From: a virus
Taxonomy: Duplodnaviria > Caudoviricetes
Virus record (IMG/VR): IMGVR_UViG_3300011561_000001
Span: 25,993-89,992 of that record
DNA: 64,000 bases
Direction: 5' to 3' (one strand)
Shown in pieces: positions 56,388 to 64,000 of this stretch; within the stretch, counting starts at the first letter, position 1; each line of letters opens with the position of its first letter. A program made the translations under genes and the position numbers. The notes under the pieces were generated by a model, which was not told the DNA's origin, did no database searches, and was given only the letters and a program-made list of their open reading frames with translations.

Positions 56388-56633
56388 ATGAACACACATT
56401 ACAATGCAGCTTCTCAAGTGGAAGCTCTGAGCTATGTCCTCAACACTCTCGTAGAATCTTCAGCTAGAGAATATGAAGGGTGTGTGAGGCGTGTACGTCA
56501 GAAAGACCTTCTCATCAGCATCCAGCTCACTAAAAAGCTGTTGCAACAGGCTGAGGAGCTTGCTATGATGGAGGCAGAAGTTGAAGCATTGTTTGAAGGG
56601 AATGCTTCTCTTGGAATTCACAACGAGCAATAG
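56388..56633 (+). CDS. hypothetical protein
   Basis: GAGG RBS before ATG 56388. Confidence 0.6.
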   Translation: MNTHYNAASQVEALSYVLNTLVESSAREYEGCVRRVRQKDLLISIQLTKKLLQQAEELAMMEAEVEALFEGNASLGIHNEQ

Positions 56634-56644
56634 GGGAATAGAAA

Positions 56645-56842
56645 ATGCAAGAACAAAAACAAGAAGACATTTTATTGAATTCAGAGCGTAGAGCTTTGAT
56701 GGATGAGATAGCAGAGCTTAAACAAAAGCTTGATGCTGCTTGGGCATCTAACAATCGTCGGATGAATAGGATTATTCTGACAAGTGATTATCTTAGTGTT
56801 GACCAAAAGAGTCAGCTCTTAGATTCGATATGGGAGAAATAA
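56645..56842 (+). CDS. hypothetical coiled-coil protein
   Basis: 65 aa. Confidence 0.65.
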   Translation: MQEQKQEDILLNSERRALMDEIAELKQKLDAAWASNNRRMNRIILTSDYLSVDQKSQLLDSIWEK

Positions 56843-56843
56843 G

Positions 56844-57086
56844 ATGAAGATTATCCTCCTGACATGCTTTGCTGTATCGGGCTGTGCTATTGACGTGCTG
56901 CCGCACAGTAGTCTCCCAAATCTAAATCTTGTAGAATATCAGAACAAGAAAATCTTTATATGCGAATCACAAGGAATGGAAATGGCTTGGCAAGCTTGGA
57001 CAGCAGGGGTGCAGGAAGGTAGTCTTGATATTATTTACAAAGCAATAAAAGAAGAATGTCTTATTAGGGAGAACTTAGTGATATGA
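56844..57086 (+). CDS. putative lipoprotein
   Basis: MKIILLTCFAVSG-C lipobox-like signal. Confidence 0.6.
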   Translation: MKIILLTCFAVSGCAIDVLPHSSLPNLNLVEYQNKKIFICESQGMEMAWQAWTAGVQEGSLDIIYKAIKEECLIRENLVI

Positions 57087-57325
57087 CTTGGAGAACTCTT
57101 GATGAATGGAACAGGAAAGGTAAAATTGTTATAAAAGGTACGAAGTGTATTCTTCGTGACCCTGATGGTAGGTGTTTGTTTAATAATTCACAAGTAAAGA
57201 AGAAGAACACGACCGAGCTATATAACTCTACACACGACAGTGACAGTCATCCAAAAAGAAATTCTAGTTACCACGGAATTTACCACAAGGATGACTACGA
57301 CTATGATAACTGGGATTTTCAATAG
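57083..57325 (+). CDS. hypothetical protein
   Basis: WRTLDEWNRKG..VIKG.K motif; 80 aa. Confidence 0.65.
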   Translation: MTWRTLDEWNRKGKIVIKGTKCILRDPDGRCLFNNSQVKKKNTTELYNSTHDSDSHPKRNSSYHGIYHKDDYDYDNWDFQ

Positions 57326-57334
57326 AGGTGAGAA

Positions 57335-57514
57335 ATGACTGACTGCTTAGAAATTACAGAGAATTACAAGTTTCTTTTGAATATGTGTGACACAAAGACA
57401 GCAGCAGATGTTATTATGTTCCGTAGTGGTGAGCTTACAGAGCAAATGCTTGTAGACATTATGTATTCAATGAAAGGGGAGCTTATGCTCAGACAAATGG
57501 AGGAAGATAATTGA
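57335..57514 (+). CDS. small hypothetical protein (59 aa; not in ORF track)
   Basis: GAGGTG RBS; open frame. Confidence 0.55.
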   Translation: MTDCLEITENYKFLLNMCDTKTAADVIMFRSGELTEQMLVDIMYSMKGELMLRQMEEDN

Positions 57515-57654
57515 TTACACAGAAAGAAATCCAAGATGCTGTATTCCTGATTATTGAGAATCTTGAGGAATGTACAGATGATATACTGGAACGCCTAAGC
57601 TTTAATATTTGGGCTGAGATGCAAGATCGTGGATATGAGGAGGAACATACATAA
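57511..57654 (+). CDS. small acidic hypothetical protein (47 aa; not in ORF track)
   Basis: TTG start after GGAGG; TAATG coupling to next gene. Confidence 0.5.
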   Translation: MITQKEIQDAVFLIIENLEECTDDILERLSFNIWAEMQDRGYEEEHT

Positions 57655-57974
57655 TGTCTAAAGAATTTTGTTATGTTGTAGCATTTCAAGAGAATGCAAA
57701 AGAGCTTTATGCAGGGCTTGTGCTTGATGTGGTGTATTATCATAAACAAGAAGCCGATTTCTCTGCTGATAATCCTGATGATTTCTACGGATACACACAA
57801 ATTGAATGGGTTGTTGCACGAGCTGATATTTTCGACGATAATACTGATGCGTTTATTCAAACAATAAACGCTCCGTCAAAAGAATATTGTGAAGAACGCT
57901 TCAATGTAGACACAGACTATCTTGAAGCATGGCTTATTGAAAAACTTGAAATGGAGAAAGAAGATGACCAATAA
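57654..57974 (+). CDS. hypothetical acidic protein
   Basis: 106 aa. Confidence 0.7.
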   Translation: MSKEFCYVVAFQENAKELYAGLVLDVVYYHKQEADFSADNPDDFYGYTQIEWVVARADIFDDNTDAFIQTINAPSKEYCEERFNVDTDYLEAWLIEKLEMEKEDDQ

Positions 57975-58206
57975 AATTCGTGTACGTGCTCCAAACGGAG
58001 CACAAATCTTCTACCTTGACACAGGCGTTATCCTTGATAACATTCGTTTCGTCAAATACAGCACAGATGATGATGCTCCAGCTTTCACTGTTGTAAAACG
58101 AGATGGAACGTTCTACACTCAAGCCCCTGTCAATGGAAAGAATGTTCATTGCACACTAGAGCAAGCTATCAATCGTTATGGTCTATCTGTATATTTGGTG
58201 AGCTGA
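57964..58206 (+). CDS. hypothetical protein
   Basis: GGAG RBS before ATG 57964. Confidence 0.65.
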   Translation: MTNKIRVRAPNGAQIFYLDTGVILDNIRFVKYSTDDDAPAFTVVKRDGTFYTQAPVNGKNVHCTLEQAINRYGLSVYLVS

Positions 58207-58207
58207 T

Positions 58208-58513
58208 ATGTATGTATCGACTAGCGTCTATGTAGTGAATGTAAGAAACGATGTAAGAGCTTTCTCTACATTTGAGAAGGCTCTTGTTTTCGTCTCCGAG
58301 CACAACAACAAAGTGGGGCGTGTTGCTCAATTTAATGCAGAAGATAAAGAGATGTTTGATGAAATGATGGAGGAGCATCTTGGAAATATATGGGCTGACA
58401 GTGCTGTGTATGAACAATGGCGAGAAGATAAGCTTCAAGAGCTTGCTTTGGAAGAGGATGATTTGCTAGAATACACGGACACAATATTTATTCATACGGT
58501 GGAGGTGGAATAG
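58208..58513 (+). CDS. hypothetical acidic protein
   Basis: 101 aa. Confidence 0.7.
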   Translation: MYVSTSVYVVNVRNDVRAFSTFEKALVFVSEHNNKVGRVAQFNAEDKEMFDEMMEEHLGNIWADSAVYEQWREDKLQELALEEDDLLEYTDTIFIHTVEVE

Positions 58514-58848
58514 TGAACAATGAAGACAAAGTGGAGGCTATTTGGGAAACCATCTGGAAGGAGATTCTTGAACACTCAGACGGAACTCCCGACATGAAAG
58601 CCATCAAAAAGGAACTTGCCGACTACGCCATCTTGTTCAAGAGTGTTCAGACAGCCTATTCTCGTTTGACAGGAGGAGAGATTAACCATCCCTTTACACA
58701 ATTGGATGTTCTTATCTCATATGTTGATTTACATTATGAGGAGATGATGTCTGTAGGATATCAGGAAGAACAAGAGGAAGAAGAGGTGTTCCAAGAGGAG
58801 AGAGCTTCGCTCTTTGATGTTCCATATTCAAAAGCAACGATTCATTGA
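58513..58848 (+). CDS. hypothetical acidic protein
   Basis: 111 aa, GGAGG RBS. Confidence 0.7.
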   Translation: MNNEDKVEAIWETIWKEILEHSDGTPDMKAIKKELADYAILFKSVQTAYSRLTGGEINHPFTQLDVLISYVDLHYEEMMSVGYQEEQEEEEVFQEERASLFDVPYSKATIH

Positions 58849-58859
58849 GGAGAAATAGG

Positions 58860-59249
58860 ATGATTATTGGAAAGCGTAACCAGTTGGCGAATGTGGGTAA
58901 TCCATTCCAAGGAAAGGCTAAGAAAGTTTTGTGCGTGTGCTCCGCTGGCATGCTCCGTTCGCCAACCCTTGCCAATGTGCTACACCGGCAGTTTGGTTTC
59001 AATACACGAGCAGTTGGTTCTTGTCAAGAGTATGCCCTGATTCCAATCAGTCAGGCTTTGATATGGTGGGCAGATGAGATTGTATTCGTTAACCAAGAGA
59101 ATTTTGATGACCTCGGTGACTTAGAAAAACTAGAAATCGAAGATGTTGGTGTTAAGGTAACAGTGCTTGATGTACACGATGATTTCGATTGGAATGATCC
59201 AGAGCTACAAGCACTTCTGTTAGATGAATACACGGAGAAATCTAAATGA
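58860..59249 (+). CDS. low-molecular-weight PTP-like CX5R phosphatase
   Basis: KVLCVCSAGMLRSPT (CX5RS), WADEIV, V.DDFDWNDP. Confidence 0.85.
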   Translation: MIIGKRNQLANVGNPFQGKAKKVLCVCSAGMLRSPTLANVLHRQFGFNTRAVGSCQEYALIPISQALIWWADEIVFVNQENFDDLGDLEKLEIEDVGVKVTVLDVHDDFDWNDPELQALLLDEYTEKSK

Positions 59250-59509
59250 CATTCCTAATTACATACTACGTTATCGGCCTTATCCTCTCTGTCCTGCTTC
59301 TGTTAGCAACATGGAAGTTTCTTGGAGAGCAAGGAGTGTATCAGCTCTATCGTGAGGAATATCGCAATACAAAGCTTTCTGTAAAGGAAGTGTATGTGTA
59401 TTTCCACATTGCTGTAGTCATTATATTCCCTGTATGGTGGGGAATTTGGCTGCTTGAGGCCATCATTGATTACGTCTTCAAAAAGCTTGCACAAAAGAAA
59501 AATAATTGA
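59246..59509 (+). CDS. hypothetical membrane protein (2 TMD)
   Basis: Two hydrophobic segments. Confidence 0.7.
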   Translation: MTFLITYYVIGLILSVLLLLATWKFLGEQGVYQLYREEYRNTKLSVKEVYVYFHIAVVIIFPVWWGIWLLEAIIDYVFKKLAQKKNN

Positions 59510-59566
59510 TATCATAGCCTGACATTTAACGATGTTGGGCTATTTTGTTTACGGAGGAGAAAGATA

Positions 59567-59812
59567 ATGAAAGAAGAAAGTCCTTATGTCCCAAGACACA
59601 TACGTCAACACATTGAACAAACAGCTTGGACAGACGATGCAGCCGATGCTCTTATTGAGATGGGCATATACAAGGAAGAAGAATTCCACCACATCTGTAA
59701 TGTTGTAGCACGTCTCATGCGTGTTAGTAATATAGATGAAGGGGGTAAAATTATGGAGATTGATGCTGCTAAGTTTATAGGAGAATATATTAGGGAGATG
59801 ATTGAAGAATGA
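59567..59812 (+). CDS. hypothetical protein
   Basis: 81 aa, GGAGGAG RBS. Confidence 0.7.
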   Translation: MKEESPYVPRHIRQHIEQTAWTDDAADALIEMGIYKEEEFHHICNVVARLMRVSNIDEGGKIMEIDAAKFIGEYIREMIEE

Positions 59813-60030
59813 ACAGTATTATGACAATGAATAAACAATGGAAAAGTATTTACTTGGAGCTTCCTATCGACGGGTCTAACTGCTCATGTCGTAGGTCAGG
59901 AGAAGAGGGTTATGTGGGCAGTTGCACATATGACGCCAAGACAAATACATTCAGAAGCTACGAGGATTTTCGTAATCGCGTAGTCGTTACAATCTGGAAA
60001 AGTGATGAGTGGTGTTACAATGACATCTAA
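59809..60030 (+). CDS. hypothetical protein
   Basis: 73 aa, ATGA overlap. Confidence 0.6.
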   Translation: MNSIMTMNKQWKSIYLELPIDGSNCSCRRSGEEGYVGSCTYDAKTNTFRSYEDFRNRVVVTIWKSDEWCYNDI

Positions 60031-60226
60031 AATACGTTGGTATACACAGAAAGACGAATATGGACATCTCATTACAGCAGAAATATCATTAGGCTCTGCA
60101 CGATACAAGGAGATGCAAATAATTCCCTGTTGGGAGCATTTAGTTGATCAGAGGAATGTGTTTGCTTGCACAATAGAAAGAATGCAGAAGAATATGGAGG
60201 ATGTGTTGAATGATTTTAAAAACTAA
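60020..60226 (+). CDS. hypothetical protein
   Basis: Start re-called at 60020. Confidence 0.55.
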   Translation: MTSKIRWYTQKDEYGHLITAEISLGSARYKEMQIIPCWEHLVDQRNVFACTIERMQKNMEDVLNDFKN

Positions 60227-60440
60227 CCAATATCCAGCAGAGCTGCTATTACGCCTTTATGGGATTATGGGTCGTAAACCAATACATCCGAAAGAGGGTC
60301 CAGAGGTTGCAGAGCTGATTAAAGATTATTACAATCAGATATCCAATCTCCAGCGTGAGGTGATAACCTTGACACAAGAGAAAGGGATGCTTGAACAGGA
60401 GAACAAGTTTTTGATTGCACAGATGCAGGAGGAAGAATGA
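60210..60440 (+). CDS. hypothetical coiled-coil protein
   Basis: 76 aa, GGAGG RBS. Confidence 0.6.
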   Translation: MILKTNQYPAELLLRLYGIMGRKPIHPKEGPEVAELIKDYYNQISNLQREVITLTQEKGMLEQENKFLIAQMQEEE

Positions 60441-60651
60441 AATACACAACAGAAGAGAGGCTTGAAATCCTGAGAGTCTACGAGAGGCAGAGCATGAAAT
60501 ATCACGCATACGTCAATTACGACCTCTTGTGGATATTGGTGGTGGGTGGAGCCAATGTATTAGTTTTGAGAAGATGAGGGAGTTTGCTACATTGTGGATG
60601 GAGCAGAATGGAATACACACAAAAGAAGATTTGGAGGCTTGGCTGAAATAG
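60437..60651 (+). pseudogene. apparently frameshifted small gene
   Basis: ATG 60437 frame ends at 60577; a second frame is open 60466-60651 with protein-like sequence and no ATG near its start. Confidence 0.35.
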
Positions 60652-60654
60652 TTG

Positions 60655-60712
60655 TTGACACAGGATTCGGAGGAGCCTATCATCAACACATCACAAACAA
60701 GGAGGAATACAA
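60655..60712 (+). promoter_or_regulatory. strong sigma70-like promoter with conserved leader
   Basis: TTGACA-17 nt-TATCAT; leader CATCAACACATCACAAACAAGGAGG, like 50737. Confidence 0.8.
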
Positions 60713-61330
60713 ATGCTTAAACTGACAAATCTGAAAGACGCCCGATTCTCTGCTATTGATTCTGACGTGGAAGATGCCCTGCTTTCCTTTGATGGGCTTA
60801 TCTTGGCTGGCGGGGCTGTACGAGATAGCCTGTTTGGTAACGACATCTCTGATTACGATATGTTCCTAACACACGATGGTGATCTTGAAGCAATCAAAAG
60901 TTATTTTGAGGGTCAGGGCTTTGGTATAGTATTTGCTTGCCCTCTAGGGCATCTCTTTACATATATGAAAGGAGAAGATTTCAAGAAACCAGAGAAATGT
61001 GTGAAAGTGCAAATCATTTGTAAACGCCGTTATTCAGATGTTGCAGATTTGATTAACAGCTTTGACTTCTCAGCTACATATTTTGCTATGCTTTGGAATG
61101 ACGATGAAACCCAGTTTGAAGTTTACACAGATCATCGAGCTATCAAGGATGTCCGTAAGAAACAACTATCTTTGGTGAATCTGGAATATCCATCCAGCAC
61201 ACTAAATCGCATCTACAAGTATCGTAACAAAGGTTATTACACAGGACATGTGATTAAAGAGATTGTAGCACGCATTGCACAGATGGGTGGATCATATGAC
61301 CCTCAGAACGACACATTGTATGTTGACTAA
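60713..61330 (+). CDS. nucleotidyltransferase (CCA/polyA-polymerase head domain-like)
   Basis: LAGGAVRD...G..ISDYDMF, DLINSFDF, R..KY..KGY. Confidence 0.85.
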   Translation: MLKLTNLKDARFSAIDSDVEDALLSFDGLILAGGAVRDSLFGNDISDYDMFLTHDGDLEAIKSYFEGQGFGIVFACPLGHLFTYMKGEDFKKPEKCVKVQIICKRRYSDVADLINSFDFSATYFAMLWNDDETQFEVYTDHRAIKDVRKKQLSLVNLEYPSSTLNRIYKYRNKGYYTGHVIKEIVARIAQMGGSYDPQNDTLYVD

Positions 61331-61349
61331 AACATACGTTGATTGAATC

Positions 61350-61378
61350 AAAGCCCCTTTAGTTGGGGCTTATTTTAT
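61350..61378 (+). terminator. intrinsic terminator
   Basis: AAGCCCC-TTTAGTT-GGGGCTT followed by ATTTTATT. Confidence 0.75.
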
Positions 61379-61389
61379 TGGAGAAGAAA

Positions 61390-61581
61390 ATGAAAACAAA
61401 ACTGAACGAGGAAGAAGTGGCTTTGTTACAACGAAGGATTATCAATGACCACATATTCCACGATTGTGAGCAATTTGGACATCTGGAGTATCTGTGTCAA
61501 TACACAGTGGAAGGCGTTAGGTATTTGTTTCATAAGAAAACATTGATGGATGTTGAAGTTTATAAATTGGAGGATAAATGA
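61390..61581 (+). CDS. hypothetical protein
   Basis: GGAG RBS before ATG 61390. Confidence 0.6.
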   Translation: MKTKLNEEEVALLQRRIINDHIFHDCEQFGHLEYLCQYTVEGVRYLFHKKTLMDVEVYKLEDK

Positions 61582-61772
61582 AGGACGATGAATACAAACT
61601 CTTGACTGACCCTGAATACACAAAGGAACGGGTGGAGAAAGAGCTGGCACGAGGAACATTCTATTTCTATGAACAATTGGAAGTGGAAGACTCCTACATT
61701 TGTGATTGCCATAAAAACTACGGGAAGAAATGTCTGTATCCAGAGGAATATCGAGAAGGAGGGTGTAATTAG
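61578..61772 (+). CDS. hypothetical protein
   Basis: 64 aa, ATGA overlap. Confidence 0.55.
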   Translation: MKDDEYKLLTDPEYTKERVEKELARGTFYFYEQLEVEDSYICDCHKNYGKKCLYPEEYREGGCN

Positions 61773-61885
61773 TGAGGAAATTATGTATAGAGTAGATGAC
61801 ATACCCAAATACAAAAACCTGTTCATCAGAGATGGTGAGCGGGTTGTTTTGGTTTAATCGAATGGGGTAAATAGTAGGAGGAGAT

Positions 61886-62410
61886 GTGGCACGACACAAA
61901 AGAAAGTATGTGAGTAGGGAGCCTATCTTCGGATGGGCACACTACAACAAGCTAAAGAAAGAGAAAGAATCCAGCACAGTTGCGAAAAGGCAATATCTTT
62001 ACTTAATGAGAAGTGAGATAGGTCTGTTTAAAATAGGTATCAGCACAAATCCAAGAGCGAGGTTATCCTCACTGATTAGTTCATCTGGTTTAGATGTTGA
62101 ATTGCTTGCATTCTACAAAACCAATGAGGACGCAAAGGAAGTTGAGAAGAAACTCCACAAGTTGTTCAAGAAATATCATGTTCGAGGTGAGTGGTTTGAT
62201 TTTCCAGACACATACTCTCTTGAAAAGTTTGAGACGCTATGTGGAAGGTATGGCATGACACCGCAAGACTTTTCCTCGGAAGGTGGTAAGATCATATACG
62301 ACTATGAGACAAAAGAAGTGGAAGTGGAGAAGTCCCGTAGAGAGAAATGGCTTGAGTGGACACAACAGGTGAATAAAGAATGGGAGGAGAGTAGAGAGAA
62401 AAATGACTGA
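61886..62410 (+). CDS. GIY-YIG-like (T5orf172 / Mug113 family) protein
   Basis: YLYLM...FKIGIS.NP..RL..L...E..LH..F...HVRGEWF. Confidence 0.8.
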   Translation: MARHKRKYVSREPIFGWAHYNKLKKEKESSTVAKRQYLYLMRSEIGLFKIGISTNPRARLSSLISSSGLDVELLAFYKTNEDAKEVEKKLHKLFKKYHVRGEWFDFPDTYSLEKFETLCGRYGMTPQDFSSEGGKIIYDYETKEVEVEKSRREKWLEWTQQVNKEWEESREKND

Positions 62411-63689
62411 TGAATTAAAACAGAAAGCCGTTGCACTGAGGCAGCGAGGACACACACGTATTGAAGTGCTGGACGCTGTGATGGGTAGTGGTAAAACTCA
62501 GGGGATTATTCAGTGGATGTTAAAGAACCCAAACAACAAATACTTGTATATCTCCCCAATGCTCTCAGAAGTGGAAGATCGAATCCCAAAAGCCTGTGAG
62601 GCATTGGAGTTCGCGTTCCCCAACACAGAAGATTATGACACCAAATCAAGGCATCTGCTTAAGCTTCTACAAGAAGGGGGAAATATCTCCTTTACACACA
62701 GCTTATTCTCAGAACTGTCTCAACGACATTTGGATGAAATCAAACACCAACGTTATGTAATGATTATTGATGAAGAAGTTAGTCTAATTGAGCCATACAA
62801 AGGCAAATATAAGAAAGGAGATATCCTATCCCTTGAGGCTGCTAAACACATCAAAGTAGATGAGGGGAACCTTGGTAAAGTGGAGTGGTTGTGGGAAGAG
62901 ATGGAGAGTGGTACACAATACTCAGACCTAAAGAGGTTGTGCTCTATCGACATGCTTTATTGCTCTAAGAGAAGTAGAGATATGATGGTGACACAACTCC
63001 CAATGGCTCTTGTAGAATCAGCAGAAAGAACAATCATTCTATCCTACCTGTTCAAAGGTAGCGTTATGGAATCTTTCTTGAAACTTAAGGGGTTGGATGT
63101 TGTGGACTTCACAGAAGTACAACTGATGAAAGATACACCTACAGTTCTAAAACAAGCAAAAGAGCTTATCAACATATGCTCACTACCCAGTACCAATGCT
63201 ATTAGAAACTATGGGTTGACAAGCACTTGGTATACAACAACAGCTACTAAGGATCAACTGAAGAAGGTGGGAGCTGCTATCAGGAATGTCTACAGAAAAG
63301 TTGGTAGAGAGAACCTTCTAATCACCCTACCTAAAGACTCTACACTTAAGGAGGTAAAGAATAAGAAGAATGCAAGACTGGTGATACCTAAAGAGGTGAA
63401 TGTAGAGAACATCTTCCTGTACTGTGGAGCTAGGGCTACTAATGATTATGCAGATAAATCAACATGTTTACATGCCTACAATCGCTATGTCAACACGGTA
63501 GTGAGAGCTTATCTACAAGATTATGGTGCAGAGCTTGATGCTATCCCAAATGACGATCAGTTTGCTTTATCTGAAATGGTGCAATGGATATGGAGGAGTA
63601 GAATTCGTAATGATCAACCTATAGATGTCTATATCCTATCTCAACGGATGGAGAAACTACTCATCAAATGGCTTAATGGAGGTACTTAA
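62403..63689 (+). CDS. superfamily 2 helicase-like ATPase
   Basis: Walker A DAVMGSGKT, Walker B IIDEE, motif VI SEMVQWIWRSRIR. Confidence 0.8.
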   Translation: MTDELKQKAVALRQRGHTRIEVLDAVMGSGKTQGIIQWMLKNPNNKYLYISPMLSEVEDRIPKACEALEFAFPNTEDYDTKSRHLLKLLQEGGNISFTHSLFSELSQRHLDEIKHQRYVMIIDEEVSLIEPYKGKYKKGDILSLEAAKHIKVDEGNLGKVEWLWEEMESGTQYSDLKRLCSIDMLYCSKRSRDMMVTQLPMALVESAERTIILSYLFKGSVMESFLKLKGLDVVDFTEVQLMKDTPTVLKQAKELINICSLPSTNAIRNYGLTSTWYTTTATKDQLKKVGAAIRNVYRKVGRENLLITLPKDSTLKEVKNKKNARLVIPKEVNVENIFLYCGARATNDYADKSTCLHAYNRYVNTVVRAYLQDYGAELDAIPNDDQFALSEMVQWIWRSRIRNDQPIDVYILSQRMEKLLIKWLNGGT

Positions 63690-64000
63690 ACAGTGGTGTT
63701 AAAACAACACCGTCAACACTTCGTTGACAAAATATTCTGAAAGCCCCGTGGCACTAAGTCTACAGAGGAGCTTCCTTAAGAGAGGAGTTCAGAAAGAGAC
63801 TCTTGTGGGGCACCACTACTTATTTTCAAATCCCCTATATTTCGGTGTAGGGGATGCTTTTGTGTGTCTGAAATATCTGTGTAGAAAATATCCTTTCAAG
63901 GGGGGGGGGGGTTTGTATTTGAGTATTTACCGTCTCTACAGGAGACCTTTCAAGCACTGACGGCCACCACCTCCACCTCTCCCCCCAGATTATAGAAATA

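Noticed and set aside
45551-63984. Identical 11-mer CACCTCTCCCC at 45551 and 63974, flanking the + strand early block
   Set aside because: Several hundred chance 11-mer pairs are expected in 64 kb and the match does not extend, so it cannot be called a terminal repeat or att site.
1-64000. Lysogeny module, DNA-modification cluster or stop-codon reassignment
   Set aside because: No integrase or repressor-antirepressor set and no hypermodification enzymes were seen. Core genes translate uninterrupted in the standard code; the only splits are explained by introns and the chaperone frameshift.

Overview
This is a 64-kb segment of a large tailed-phage genome with a contractile tail (myovirus). 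Gene order resembles the Felix O1 / PAK_P1 / phiPsa374-like phages; this is inferred from gene content, and the host cannot be read from the sequence. There are three transcription blocks. (1) + strand 1-9019, DNA and nucleotide metabolism: HNH nuclease, metallophosphoesterase, dut, thyX, nrdB, nrdA, glutaredoxin. (2) - strand about 45200 down to 9114: an RHH plus winged-helix pair, candidate terS, a collagen/SGNH fibre, terL, portal, S49 protease, decoration protein, major capsid, neck, sheath, three tube paralogues, a frameshifted tail chaperone, tape measure, baseplate with PAAR, tail fibres and a SAR-endolysin lysis cassette. (3) + strand 45669-63689, early/middle genes behind sigma70-like promoters: PhoH, ClpP-like protease, dCMP deaminase, CX5R phosphatase, nucleotidyltransferase, helicase and many small ORFs. 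Signals the ORF track misses: two ORF-less group I introns, one in terL (37979-38233) and one in the tape measure gene (25183-25544), both restoring the frame on splicing; a -1 frameshift with a stimulatory hairpin in the tail chaperone; three consecutive fibre genes sharing one C-terminal domain next to a DUF1566-like adhesin whose tip looks like a DGR variable repeat with no RT in the window; a roughly 570-nt structured non-coding region after the candidate terS; and an array of five GGAC-N5-GTCC palindromes plus CTATCT repeats beside the RHH and RepA_N-like genes. No integrase, CRISPR array or canonical tRNA was found. All product calls come from motifs read by eye; no database was searched.
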